Positions 6,097-15,974 are shown, counted from the stretch's first letter. The stretch: 31,172 nucleotides of DNA from a virus (IMGVR_UViG_3300027365_000008); one strand, 5' to 3'. Notes: generated by a model from the sequence alone, not told the origin. Numbers and translations: made by a program.

Positions 6097-7479
6097 TCAT
6101 TTGATGTCCTTCTCCGAATCCGCTTCATCCTTATCATCACGAATAGCAACGATGCGGGGGCAGAACAGTTTGTAACCATCCGAATCCTTACGTTTGATTT
6201 TGGTGTTGTACGTTACTTTGACGATACGCCCCGTATACTGCTCTAGGTCGAACGCTGGATCGAAGACGTAGTTACCATCGTCGTCCTTGACATAGCCCCT
6301 CTGGGCGGCGCTCAGACCGCTATAGACGGATACTGTGAGATTGCCACAAGAAGACGCACATTGTAGTGTTCCGATGCCTTCATGAAAGCCTTTGTTCTCG
6401 TCCCCATGAGTGAATCCCGTCACCAGAAGATCACAATCGTGTTCTTCTTTAAACTTGAGCATCTTCGGTGTTCGTTTGTCTTCCCACTTCAGATCGTATG
6501 ACTTGACGACGACCCCTTCTTCACCCGCAGAGATATACTGCTGACCCAATTCGAGAACTTCATCCAGCGTTTCGACATAATGGGTGGGTGACACCTCGAC
6601 GTGGCTTCCGCCGTCGATTGACGCATCCGCCCCCACACACGTTATCAACTGGTAATGGCGGGCGTGATACGGAACCGAATACGTCTTCGCCTCGAACGCT
6701 TCCATGGGTACGCAATCCCAAACGTAGAAGCGAAGGTGGTCACATTCCTCTTTCGAGATGGTACCGCCAATGGCTTTGTTTACGATCCCATTGCTTTTTT
6801 GGCGATCACAAATGCCGTCATCATCGATCAATACCATCTCGCCATCGATCATCACACTTCCGGTTTGAGAAGAGACAGACAACATGATCTCATCGATCTC
6901 AGGCACATCGATCAGATACTTGTTTCCTTCACGGGTATGATACGTCACCTTGCCGCTACTGGCGTCCACCAACGCACAACAACGAGAACCGTCCGATTTC
7001 AGTTGCACGACATAGGGCGGTGTCAGCTTGTCCAGTGCTTCCGGGGAGAACGGTTTGGCCAACATACACGCGAATGTTGCAATCTGGTGAGTGTCACAAA
7101 CCTTATTGAACAAGGATGTGGATACGCCGCATTTCAGATTGCGAAGGATGACACGTTTGACCACCTCGGCATCTTCCTCGGTGCATTGCATAAGAACCGA
7201 TTTGACGAACGCCTTTGCGTGATTGCCGGTGAGTTCTCGTGTTGCGATTGTGTTGTTGATCTCATCGAGGGCTTCATTGAGTGTCATCGCCCCCACGTTT
7301 GAATCAGGAAGATCGACCTTGCGCATGAAGAAGTTCGTATACGGATCATACGCCATGTCGAACACCTTAGACAGCAGTTGTCCGGTATCACGATCCGCCA
7401 AGGCATCCTTTAGAATACGTTCCTTTTCGAGACGAGAACGTGTTGCGGCAAGTTCATTCAAGACAGAAAGAATGGTCAC
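6097..7479 (-). CDS. lig: ATP-dependent DNA ligase
   Basis: KSDG adenylation motif, IDGE, WD, EGVVVK, LKFK, and an OB-fold C-terminus. Confidence 0.93.
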   Translation of the reverse strand: MTILSVLNELAATRSRLEKERILKDALADRDTGQLLSKVFDMAYDPYTNFFMRKVDLPDSNVGAMTLNEALDEINNTIATRELTGNHAKAFVKSVLMQCTEEDAEVVKRVILRNLKCGVSTSLFNKVCDTHQIATFACMLAKPFSPEALDKLTPPYVVQLKSDGSRCCALVDASSGKVTYHTREGNKYLIDVPEIDEIMLSVSSQTGSVMIDGEMVLIDDDGICDRQKSNGIVNKAIGGTISKEECDHLRFYVWDCVPMEAFEAKTYSVPYHARHYQLITCVGADASIDGGSHVEVSPTHYVETLDEVLELGQQYISAGEEGVVVKSYDLKWEDKRTPKMLKFKEEHDCDLLVTGFTHGDENKGFHEGIGTLQCASSCGNLTVSVYSGLSAAQRGYVKDDDGNYVFDPAFDLEQYTGRIVKVTYNTKIKRKDSDGYKLFCPRIVAIRDDKDEADSEKDIK

Positions 7480-7480
7480 A

Positions 7481-9829
7481 TTAGGCTCCTACAGTAAGTT
7501 TGTTTGACGCACGGGAACAGGCAGTGTAACGGAACTTCTGTTGATCGAGGAAGAAGGATACGTCCTCATCGATAAACAACACGTCCGTGAAACTTGAACC
7601 TTGGCAATTACTATGGGGGAAGCCGTTTTGTAAGAAGTTCCCCCCATCAGGAACGGTAACGCACATGCTACTCTCCACTGATTCTTCAATACTCTCCACC
7701 CGCACATAATGCCAATTGAGCATCTCGGAGAGAGTAGAATCCCCAGTAGAACGAGCCATTTCTCTCGAAATGTATCCTTTCTTGTACATAGAAACCTTTT
7801 GGTGTTGTTGTACAAGTCCTTCATCATACAAGCCAGATGCCATCTCACGAGTAATGGGAATACGATACCTTTTTTCTGTTTCTCGGTAGTGATTCAACCG
7901 CGAGTTCTTTAATTTTGATACAAAACCAATCCTTTCCTTAAACGTTGAACATCCATTTCCGTAAATGTAAATGTTCCAAAGGGATGATGTTTCCCGTTGG
8001 ACCTTTTGGCTGATTATGCCAGCCCGAAGAAGGGAGACTTGAACGTAATCAGCAATAGATTTGTATTCAGTAGTAAACTGAATATGATCACACACACCAT
8101 CTTTAATATTCGCACATCCATCTTCAAACAAACCACGGAAGAATGACATTTGAACTGAGTATGGTGATCGCATGATGCACTCTGGAATGCCCTTTTCGTG
8201 GGGGGTCATGCCACCTACAGCAATCAGCCACGACCTAATATGCGTAGAGTTCACTTCGGATACCCAACCGTTACCGATGCTACAAACATTAGAAGGTTTA
8301 ACCTCGCAACGATAACCGAATAGGGTATATACCAATTCAGAAAATCTTTCAACAACATCTCTATGTCTCTTGAGTAAACGAAAGCCTGTTTTAAACATAC
8401 ATCCATCGGCTACCATCAACCCAAGAAATTCCGCTACAGTTTCATCACATTCTTTAGGCAAATCCCACTTCACCGCCCTAACATCAGATTCGATGTTTTC
8501 TGGTAGACATGCGTATCGATTCGGCTGTGCCGTGACACCCAATTTCATTCGCATCCATTCTCCTTCCTTTAACTCTTTCGCTTCCTTCATAATGAAAGAA
8601 CCAGAATCGTCATCATAATACTCGACCTTGTGATCATCCGTGACTGTCACTTCATACCCACCCTCACCAATAATCCGTAGTGACCGCATAGGTGGGTTGA
8701 TGATTTTGTTATGATATCCCATCACCCCGTCACGGGTAGCAATCATACCTGTATCAGTGATTTCACGGATCGGCAGTAATCCTTCATCGGTTTCAACGAT
8801 GGTGTCTGGGTGAACGCACTTGTGCGCTGTAAGTGCATATCCGAAAGTCATGATCGGTAGATCGGGTTCTTCCCAATGGGGTTTCTCGGTCTTCCAAGTC
8901 GTGTTGTGAACCCGAACCGTCACTTTCTTACCGGGGGAATCCATTGAACTCAGATTGAATTGGCATACGTCCAGCGAGTTCATGCGCCCTTCTACCTTGA
9001 AACGCTCACCATTGTAAATCTTGGTGTTGTTTACGACTGTGTTCTGAAGACACATGACAGTTTCACCCGCTTCAGGCACGATGTCATTGAACCCTTTGGC
9101 CACCCTCACGTTTTCATTGATCTTCTTACGAGTCTTGTTCATACCGCAAATGATGGCGTCATAATCATTGTCCTTGAAGTGCTTGACAGTCATGACGCTT
9201 CGTTTTGCACGCACTACCACATCATTACGTTTCCAACGAGGAATTGAATTGTTTTCACGGAGATGCTGGCACAGTTCTAGGATACCCGACCCTTCACTCT
9301 GACGACGAATCTGTTTCAGTTCGATGGATTGGCCCGGAAGATCAGTCAGGGTGCAGAACGGTGTTTCCTCACGCGGCGAAATAGACGGCAACTGGGCTTG
9401 ATCACCCGCCAGTACGATAGGGACACCGAGTTCCGCCAAGTCATTCCAGATACCACGCGGGACCATTGATGCCTCATCAATGATCAGCCCGTGGATAAGT
9501 ACAGAAGCAACGTCGTCCTTGTTTCGTTTCTCCCATCGAACCAGATTCCCATCAGCATCGAGAACAGGTTTGTAAAGAATGCTATGTAGGGTAGATGCGT
9601 TAAGACCATCCTTCGCCATCTGTGCTGCTGCACGCCCCACATAGGATGCCGCCACGGGTTGGATATTGTGTTTGGCCAGAAACGCAGTCAATGCCCTTAC
9701 GGTATAGGTCTTCCCGCAACCCGCGTGCGAGAGAAACCGAAGAGGATTGGAAATATCCTTACGATTAACAAGATAATCCGCCGTGGTAACGAATGCCCGG
9801 TACTGTTCATCTGCAAGTGTTTCAATCAT
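7481..9829 (-). CDS. dda: Dda/RecD-like SF1B helicase containing an intein (start moved to MIETL at 9829)
   Basis: AGCGKT Walker A, IIDEASM, GDQAQLPSI, LKQIRRQ, YALTAHK/CQGS and YTACSRA. The RBS AAAGGA lies upstream of 9829. Confidence 0.9.
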   Translation of the reverse strand: MIETLADEQYRAFVTTADYLVNRKDISNPLRFLSHAGCGKTYTVRALTAFLAKHNIQPVAASYVGRAAAQMAKDGLNASTLHSILYKPVLDADGNLVRWEKRNKDDVASVLIHGLIIDEASMVPRGIWNDLAELGVPIVLAGDQAQLPSISPREETPFCTLTDLPGQSIELKQIRRQSEGSGILELCQHLRENNSIPRWKRNDVVVRAKRSVMTVKHFKDNDYDAIICGMNKTRKKINENVRVAKGFNDIVPEAGETVMCLQNTVVNNTKIYNGERFKVEGRMNSLDVCQFNLSSMDSPGKKVTVRVHNTTWKTEKPHWEEPDLPIMTFGYALTAHKCVHPDTIVETDEGLLPIREITDTGMIATRDGVMGYHNKIINPPMRSLRIIGEGGYEVTVTDDHKVEYYDDDSGSFIMKEAKELKEGEWMRMKLGVTAQPNRYACLPENIESDVRAVKWDLPKECDETVAEFLGLMVADGCMFKTGFRLLKRHRDVVERFSELVYTLFGYRCEVKPSNVCSIGNGWVSEVNSTHIRSWLIAVGGMTPHEKGIPECIMRSPYSVQMSFFRGLFEDGCANIKDGVCDHIQFTTEYKSIADYVQVSLLRAGIISQKVQRETSSLWNIYIYGNGCSTFKERIGFVSKLKNSRLNHYRETEKRYRIPITREMASGLYDEGLVQQHQKVSMYKKGYISREMARSTGDSTLSEMLNWHYVRVESIEESVESSMCVTVPDGGNFLQNGFPHSNCQGSSFTDVLFIDEDVSFFLDQQKFRYTACSRASNKLTVGA
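7607..8818 (-). mobile_element. Intein with LAGLIDADG homing endonuclease (404 aa) in the helicase
   Basis: It starts CVHPDT after AHK and ends NGFPHSN before CQG. It contains FLGLMVADG and FFRGLFEDG, and its DNA looks more AT-rich than the flanks. Confidence 0.92.
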
Positions 9830-9907
9830 GTATCGTGGTCCTTTAATGAAAAACGCCACACAGATGATAACCCGTGTGGCGCTTCGCTGCAAGGAGGATT
9901 TACGAAA

Positions 9908-10330
9908 TTACTGAGCGGTTTCGGACTTCCGAGGACGACCGGGGCCGCGACGACCACGCTTCTTCGGTTCTTCGGCGGTTTCCTCTTTCTTTTCAGCCTG
10001 TTGGGGCTTCTCTTCAGAGGTCTTTGCCGGTTCGGACTGGGGAGCCGCTTCGCCAAACATTGCTTCATCCGGCTTGGGCAGACGATGATTGCCCTTGGTC
10101 AGATCGAGTACCTGAATGATGTCATCGTAAAGTTCCAATGCATTGCGACCATTGTCCAGCTTGGTCTTCTGCATGACCTTCAGTAGATCACCATCCTGCT
10201 TCTCAAGTTGACACAGGCGGTCATAGTCGGTGCGATGCAGTGATTTCACCGGGATATAAACGATTCGCTTGTCACTCTTGGTGAGAACGAAAACACGATG
10301 GGTACGACCGTCAATACGAATGTCTTGCAT
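9908..10330 (-). CDS. Hypothetical protein with a C-terminal AT-hook-like tail
   Basis: Good RBS (AAAGGAG). It ends KKRGRRGPGRPRK. Confidence 0.75.
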   Translation of the reverse strand: MQDIRIDGRTHRVFVLTKSDKRIVYIPVKSLHRTDYDRLCQLEKQDGDLLKVMQKTKLDNGRNALELYDDIIQVLDLTKGNHRLPKPDEAMFGEAAPQSEPAKTSEEKPQQAEKKEETAEEPKKRGRRGPGRPRKSETAQ

Positions 10331-10348
10331 GGCTAATTCTATCTCCTT

Positions 10349-10582
10349 TTACTCGTTTTCGGTTTCTGTTTCTGTTTCTTCTGACTCTTCTTCGGATTCC
10401 TCTTCAGCCTCGGTTTCACCTTCTTCGGCTTCAGTGGTTTCTTCCTCAGATTCAGTCAGAGACTCTTCAATCTCTTTACGTTTTGCTTCCACACGTTCCT
10501 CGATCATCGCGGGGACAGCGGTAGAAATATGCTCACGAACAGACTCACGAAGCTGTTCCTTTTTCTCGTCAAAAGTTGCCAT
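10349..10582 (-). CDS. Small very acidic protein, candidate gp67-like prohead core protein
   Basis: 77 aa, with a helical N-half and a Glu-rich tail like T4 gp67 (~80 aa). It has a late-promoter variant AATAAATA at 10609-10616 and RBS AGGAGAG. Confidence 0.5.
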   Translation of the reverse strand: MATFDEKKEQLRESVREHISTAVPAMIEERVEAKRKEIEESLTESEEETTEAEEGETEAEEESEEESEETETETENE

Positions 10583-10611
10583 AGTAACTCTCCTATGATG
10601 TTGTCGTGTAT

Positions 10612-11490
10612 TTATTTAGCCTTGAAGACGAAGTGGCCTTTCAAGGGACGTTCTTTGTACGCCAAGATATCGGCGTGATCCTTCAAGTTGTGTTCGGCGA
10701 AGTATCGCATGATCCTAAGTTCTCCAAACCGATTGCCTCTGGCGGATTGAATAGCATTCAGAATCGAAGTACGGATATCTTCAGGTTGTGAATCTAGGCA
10801 GATCAGCTTACGGTTGAACTCAAGCACATCCCCGACCTTCTGATTGTCCTTCCTGACGGTTTCCAACAGATTAACCATCTCCAATTCGTCATCCCATGCT
10901 TTGCGGAGTCGGGTTTCCCTTACACGCGGGAACGCACTCTTAATGTTGTCGTTCGTGTCACCCCGTACGCACTTCAGGAACAGATCGTATGCAACATCCT
11001 CACTCTCACGAAACACGTTCTGGGGAGGACTAAACAGTTGGGTCCGTTCATCGAGTAGCTGAACAAAATCCTTGTCCGATGAAAGGATTACATTCTCAAC
11101 ACCTTCTGATTCCTGACAGAACACGGCAATGACATCATCCGCTTCCGCCCGAGGGGCTTCAACCACTGCGACGTTGGTGCAGGTCTTGAAGAAATCCGTG
11201 CAAAGTTCAGCCGCATCGATGGTTTCCTGATAATAGACATCGTTGTGTTCACGATTTCCTTTGTAATCAGGATGGATATCCTTGCGCCAAACATTGGGGG
11301 AATCGCGTGCCACCACAATTGCATCGGCCTTGAGTTCCAATGCCTTGTTCACGATAGCGGTGATAGCTTCCTTGAAGATCAGTTCGGTGACGTACTGTTC
11401 CTTGCGCTGACGACCGGATGGTGTCTTGACCTTGGCAAATCGAGTAGTGAAGATGATGTTATTGAGATCGACAATCATATTGCGATGCAT
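10612..11490 (-). CDS. rnh: RNase H / 5'-3' exonuclease (T4 rnh, FEN family)
   Basis: IVDLNN, ARDS-NVWRK-I-PDYKGNR, EADDVIA, SSDKDFVQL and GDTNDNI. Confidence 0.9.
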   Translation of the reverse strand: MHRNMIVDLNNIIFTTRFAKVKTPSGRQRKEQYVTELIFKEAITAIVNKALELKADAIVVARDSPNVWRKDIHPDYKGNREHNDVYYQETIDAAELCTDFFKTCTNVAVVEAPRAEADDVIAVFCQESEGVENVILSSDKDFVQLLDERTQLFSPPQNVFRESEDVAYDLFLKCVRGDTNDNIKSAFPRVRETRLRKAWDDELEMVNLLETVRKDNQKVGDVLEFNRKLICLDSQPEDIRTSILNAIQSARGNRFGELRIMRYFAEHNLKDHADILAYKERPLKGHFVFKAK

Positions 11491-11936
11491 TATGCGTCCT
11501 CCACAGGTTTTTCAAAAGATTCAAGGATTTGATCAGCCGCATCACGAGCGATGACCATGAGAGCCAGTTGGATGGCATGGCTAGACGCATTTGCATCGTC
11601 GATGTAATGGAGTTCAATCATCTTTTCGGTGATGCGAGGGTTATACCGAATGATAGGACTCACAGACAACAGATTGTCTTGGATTTCGAATGTCACCGTG
11701 TTGTGATCAGAATAGACCGAGGCTTCTTCCAATTCTTGGATACGTTCTTGAAGTTGCTTATTCTCTTCAACAACCTTCAGATAGTCTTCGAGTCGATCTG
11801 AGGCGAGCGATTCCATCTCACCACTGCGCTGACGAAGGGTTTCCAAAGAATTATGGAGATCGGTGACCTTCTGTTGCAGATTGCTGACCTCATTCGAGAG
11901 GCCAGCCAATCGATTCTTCTTAACGATTGTAAACAT
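11490..11936 (-). CDS. Hypothetical coiled-coil protein (start likely MFTIV at 11936)
   Basis: RBS AAAGGAG before 11936, heptad-rich N-half, and a stop overlapping the rnh start. Confidence 0.7.
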   Translation of the reverse strand: MFTIVKKNRLAGLSNEVSNLQQKVTDLHNSLETLRQRSGEMESLASDRLEDYLKVVEENKQLQERIQELEEASVYSDHNTVTFEIQDNLLSVSPIIRYNPRITEKMIELHYIDDANASSHAIQLALMVIARDAADQILESFEKPVEDA

Positions 11937-12003
11937 ATTATGTCTCCTTTGAGCGACCCATGATACGGGATATCGCAATGCGTTTCAAGGAGTATTTACA
12001 CCG

Positions 12004-14073
12004 TCAAATGGCCATGGAGAATTTCATCAGCCCGCAATCGAAAATACGGTAGTACCCATGATCGTTCATGTTCCGAATCTCAGACTTGGCAGGATCGAAG
12101 TTCTTCAGGATCGAAGGCAACCTATTTCTACGGAACTTCTGTTTGCGTTCTCGGCGCTGTCCTACCACATATTGATAATCGGGTGCGGTATCGTACTCGT
12201 GAACGAAGCCACAATTGTGGTACACGTCGCCTACACTCCACCGCTTGTCAGCGAATGAAACGATGCGGCTGATACCTTGATCCTTCAGAACACGAATAGA
12301 ATGTTTCAGTAGCTTGCTGAATCCTCCCACTACCGACTTAGACGTTGCGTAACGAATCAATTCTACTTCACCAGCCTTACCGGTCTTACGAAAGGACATC
12401 GCGGCAACGATTGTATCATTGTGGGTCAATGTCAGTGCAGTAGAACCGGGACCATGACCCTGAATATGGTTGTTATCATAGAAATTCTTCAAATCCGAAT
12501 GTTTCACCTGTTGAACATGACACTTCCTAGCATATACTCTTTCGGTTCGAATCCCCAGCATGAACCTCAGTTTCTCTTTAACGACTTCTTTACGATCATG
12601 CCACTCGTCCTCGAAAAGCTGAATGAGACGTATCCCTTGAGAAGCCGCTGTTTTGGTTTTCTCCAAATGATACTGGGCATCACGATACAACTCACAGTGC
12701 CAGTAGACGCCGTTGTATTCTATTCCGATCTGATGGTTTGGAAGATAGATATCAATCTCTTTTCCGTCCATCCCATCCCTGTACTTGGTCACCACTTCGA
12801 TCCCAAGGGATCGTATATACTCAATCAGTTCTCGTTCCCCGAAAGAGGTTCCAACCGTTTCATCGACGGCGATGCCATGCTTTCTCATGTAGGCGTAGAA
12901 GGTTTTGTCATCCACTCCTATCATATCGGAAGCACGAAGACCCCCATACGTCGAATAGTATTCTTGCAACTTATCGGCATTGTTGAGAACATCAATTGCT
13001 TCCGGGCTAAGTGTCGATGTCATGTAATGAGGATGCCCGTAACGATCCAACGAAGTCTGGACCTTTTTCTGTTTCACCTCACCACTTTGGCTAGGATTAT
13101 CAACCCCATACCTATGCCGAAATGCTTCTTTTATCCGATACTTAACCGTCTCGGATTTGGCGGGATTGTCAACCCCATACCGTTCTGTCGATGTAATACG
13201 CCTCAGTGATACAATTTCATCGCCGCGTTCGGCAATCGTGTCCAAAATAGATTGCCTAACCCGGTCCCGAATAGGAGGACTTTTCATGGGATGATCCACC
13301 CCGTACTTCTCACGGTTTGTCAACTTCGACTTGGCCTTTACATCGGGAGAAGCCGATGGATGACCACCATACCGCTCGATATTGGTTTGTGTGGTCTTCT
13401 CTTTAACGCCCGGAATGTGGTAGGGACAATCCACGCCATACCGAGAACGCATTGTTCTCTTCGTGTTCTCTACAATCGGCTTCCTGTCCTTGCCGTATTT
13501 GGCATCCAGTGTAGCCTGTTGACGCTTTCGTATCTCATCATTCTGGGTAACGTACTCAACCCCATAGCGTTCGACATTCGTGGCTTTGATCTTGGCTTTC
13601 ACCTCTTCAGAAGCAGCAGGACTAGACCCACCATAGCGTTCGACATTGGTTCTCTTTCGCTTCTCTAAGAACGCTTCATTTCGGAGAGGGTGACCACCGT
13701 AGCGTTCGTCCCATGCCTTCCGTGTGCGTTCGACCTTCACCTGTTTAACGCATTTGCGTTCATAACATGTTTCTTCGAAGTCTAGGGTTCCACGAGCAAA
13801 CTTTGCCTTGCGCTCGCCACAAACACGACATGTCGGAAGTTGGTTAGCGTCAAGAATGCCATCCACAATCATCTTCACACGGACGGAAAACGTAATCTTG
13901 TTTTGGGGATAGTGGTCCTCAAGAAAACTCGTTTTTCTGATTATGTTCCCTTTCATGTGTTTGAAATAATTCGAGATGTACCCAACATTAGACACCCCTT
14001 TAAGGAACTCCCTAAGCTGTTCGGTTGACCAGTTAGCATGTTCCTCGCTATCACTCATCTTTCTTTTGCTCAT
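12004..14073 (-). CDS. hef: Hef-like homing endonuclease: Zn finger, ~10 [RK]YG repeats, nuclease domain and GNAT/Mom-like C-terminus
   Basis: CRVCG...CYERKC, TNVERYG-type repeats, EIDIYLP-IGIEYNGVYWH, then ELIRY and SFADKRWS-GDVY. Confidence 0.75.
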   Translation of the reverse strand: MSKRKMSDSEEHANWSTEQLREFLKGVSNVGYISNYFKHMKGNIIRKTSFLEDHYPQNKITFSVRVKMIVDGILDANQLPTCRVCGERKAKFARGTLDFEETCYERKCVKQVKVERTRKAWDERYGGHPLRNEAFLEKRKRTNVERYGGSSPAASEEVKAKIKATNVERYGVEYVTQNDEIRKRQQATLDAKYGKDRKPIVENTKRTMRSRYGVDCPYHIPGVKEKTTQTNIERYGGHPSASPDVKAKSKLTNREKYGVDHPMKSPPIRDRVRQSILDTIAERGDEIVSLRRITSTERYGVDNPAKSETVKYRIKEAFRHRYGVDNPSQSGEVKQKKVQTSLDRYGHPHYMTSTLSPEAIDVLNNADKLQEYYSTYGGLRASDMIGVDDKTFYAYMRKHGIAVDETVGTSFGERELIEYIRSLGIEVVTKYRDGMDGKEIDIYLPNHQIGIEYNGVYWHCELYRDAQYHLEKTKTAASQGIRLIQLFEDEWHDRKEVVKEKLRFMLGIRTERVYARKCHVQQVKHSDLKNFYDNNHIQGHGPGSTALTLTHNDTIVAAMSFRKTGKAGEVELIRYATSKSVVGGFSKLLKHSIRVLKDQGISRIVSFADKRWSVGDVYHNCGFVHEYDTAPDYQYVVGQRRERKQKFRRNRLPSILKNFDPAKSEIRNMNDHGYYRIFDCGLMKFSMAI

Positions 14074-14097
14074 ACCTTACTCCTAGACAATGTTAAG

Positions 14098-14126
14098 ACG
14101 GTACCTTCCCTTTCTACGCATGTCAA
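14098..14126 (-). promoter_or_regulatory. Possible sigma70 promoter for the 689-aa Hef gene
   Basis: TTGACA-N17-TACCGT in the gap between the two paralogs. Confidence 0.5.
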
Positions 14127-14130
14127 ATAT

Positions 14131-15903
14131 TTACGGAGTCATCTCGTACCGAATAGAACCTGCATCATATAGTTTGTAGAAGCCATGGTTGAGCATGTTG
14201 GCATGTTCGGATATATCAGGATCGAAATTCTCCAACACCTCTTTCAGTTTGCTTTTCATGAACCGTTGACGTTGGAGACGTACACTTCCCTTGGTATACC
14301 ACATTCCCGGTTCAGTGATCTTGATCTTCTCAAATCCTGTCTTCTCGTACACCCCACCGTGTGAGTAATCGAGGTGGGCGAACGTCACGATCTTGTTCCA
14401 CTCTGTAGTTTTCTTGAAGTGTGACAATAGCTTACTGAATCCTCCCACCACCGTCATTGAAGTCGCAAAGCGGTTCAAATCCCAAACACCTTCTTCACGC
14501 ATGGGATGGAATGAAGCACAGGCAACCAGTTCACCTTCATATTCGAGTCCGATATGTTTAGATGCACGAACGAACCCCTGAAGGTGATTTGAATTGTAAA
14601 ATGATCTCACCTGAGAGGCAGACGGGATCACGATGGATGTCTTGCGGGCATACACCTTCTGACTGACAGGGAACCCCAGCTTACTGCGCAGCTTATTTTT
14701 CACTATCTCACGTTTCACGGGATTCGTCCAATCGTCTTCCCATACGTGAACCAATTGGATTCCGTGACCCATACAAGAAAGTGACTTCTCTTGGTGATAC
14801 TTACGGTCCCGGTACTTCTCACAATGCCAATAGATGCCATTGTATTCGATAGCCACATTGCGTTCTGGGATATAGATATCCAGTTCCATACCACTCAACA
14901 CAGTTCGATTAGATGATTCAAACTCAACACCTAACTCATCGGTGAGGAATGCATGTAGGTCACGCTCCCCTTGAGACACCTTAGATGCACCATGAATCGT
15001 TTCCTCTACCCCCAGAGCAACCAGTTTGTTCCACACAGTAGACGGATAAACACCTACCTCTTCAGCAATAGAAACGATGGTGCGTGTTTGGTACTGCTCC
15101 ATCAGCCAATCATGATCATCGAGATATTTCATCGAGGTTGGGTTCTGAAAGTGATGCTCAACCCCATACCGCTCCATGTTGTTGGCCTTCACACGCTCCT
15201 TAAACTCATCCGTGCTGAAGTAGTTGGCGGCACCGAACGCGGCCACGCGGGCTTCTTTCGCAGCAGATGACGATAGAAAATGTCCTCCAAAGTGCTTCTT
15301 GTGGCTTTCGGAGATACGTTGCTTAATCGTGTCCACCTGACCTACGTTCTCGACCCCATAACGCTCCTTGACCGTGTTTAGGCGCTTCTCGACTATCTCT
15401 TCCCCTCGCTCGGCAATGGCTACCTGCCACGACTCTCGCATCTTTTGTTTTGTGTTTTCGGTGTGTTTTCTTCCTTTCGTTTTCTGTTTGTATTCTTCAG
15501 TCTGTGCATAGTTACCTGACCCATAGCGTTCGAGATTCGTTTGTTTGCGCTTGTCCTTGACACGCTGAGAATGGGCAGGATTCTCAACACCGTAGCGTTC
15601 CATAGAGGTCTTGCGTAGGGCGTTCTTCCTACTGGCTTTATCACACGATGCATCGCCGCATGTCTTGCGCCAGCGATTGCCTTCCTTTTCCACGTCACAC
15701 ACGGTCCCGCAGACCGGGCAGTATTGGGTATCCATCTGACCCAAAATGATCTTGACTCGCATCCCAACCTTCGTATGGGAAGGAAGCATAGAAGTCATTT
15801 CGATGATGAGATCATAGATAGGTTTGTATTTCTCGTTTCTGGATAGGTGGGTGTAACCTTTGAGTTCTTTCAAATACGCTTTCAATTCTGTTTCTGTCAT
15901 CAT
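14131..15903 (-). CDS. hef: Second Hef-like homing endonuclease paralog
   Basis: CPVCG...CGDASC, ERYG repeats, NUMOD3-like KGRKHTENTKQKMRES, ELDIYIP-VAIEYNGIYWH, and the same C-terminal domain. Confidence 0.75.
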   Translation of the reverse strand: MMTETELKAYLKELKGYTHLSRNEKYKPIYDLIIEMTSMLPSHTKVGMRVKIILGQMDTQYCPVCGTVCDVEKEGNRWRKTCGDASCDKASRKNALRKTSMERYGVENPAHSQRVKDKRKQTNLERYGSGNYAQTEEYKQKTKGRKHTENTKQKMRESWQVAIAERGEEIVEKRLNTVKERYGVENVGQVDTIKQRISESHKKHFGGHFLSSSAAKEARVAAFGAANYFSTDEFKERVKANNMERYGVEHHFQNPTSMKYLDDHDWLMEQYQTRTIVSIAEEVGVYPSTVWNKLVALGVEETIHGASKVSQGERDLHAFLTDELGVEFESSNRTVLSGMELDIYIPERNVAIEYNGIYWHCEKYRDRKYHQEKSLSCMGHGIQLVHVWEDDWTNPVKREIVKNKLRSKLGFPVSQKVYARKTSIVIPSASQVRSFYNSNHLQGFVRASKHIGLEYEGELVACASFHPMREEGVWDLNRFATSMTVVGGFSKLLSHFKKTTEWNKIVTFAHLDYSHGGVYEKTGFEKIKITEPGMWYTKGSVRLQRQRFMKSKLKEVLENFDPDISEHANMLNHGFYKLYDAGSIRYEMTP

Positions 15904-15941
15904 CGCCTCCCATTAAACCGATGCATCCTATCATCAGACCA

Positions 15942-15974
15942 TAAAAAAGAAAACCCCTCCGAAGAGGGGTTTCT
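15942..15974 (-). terminator. Intrinsic terminator after the major capsid gene
   Basis: AAACCCCTC-TTCG-GAGGGGTTT followed by TCTTTTTT. Confidence 0.88.
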
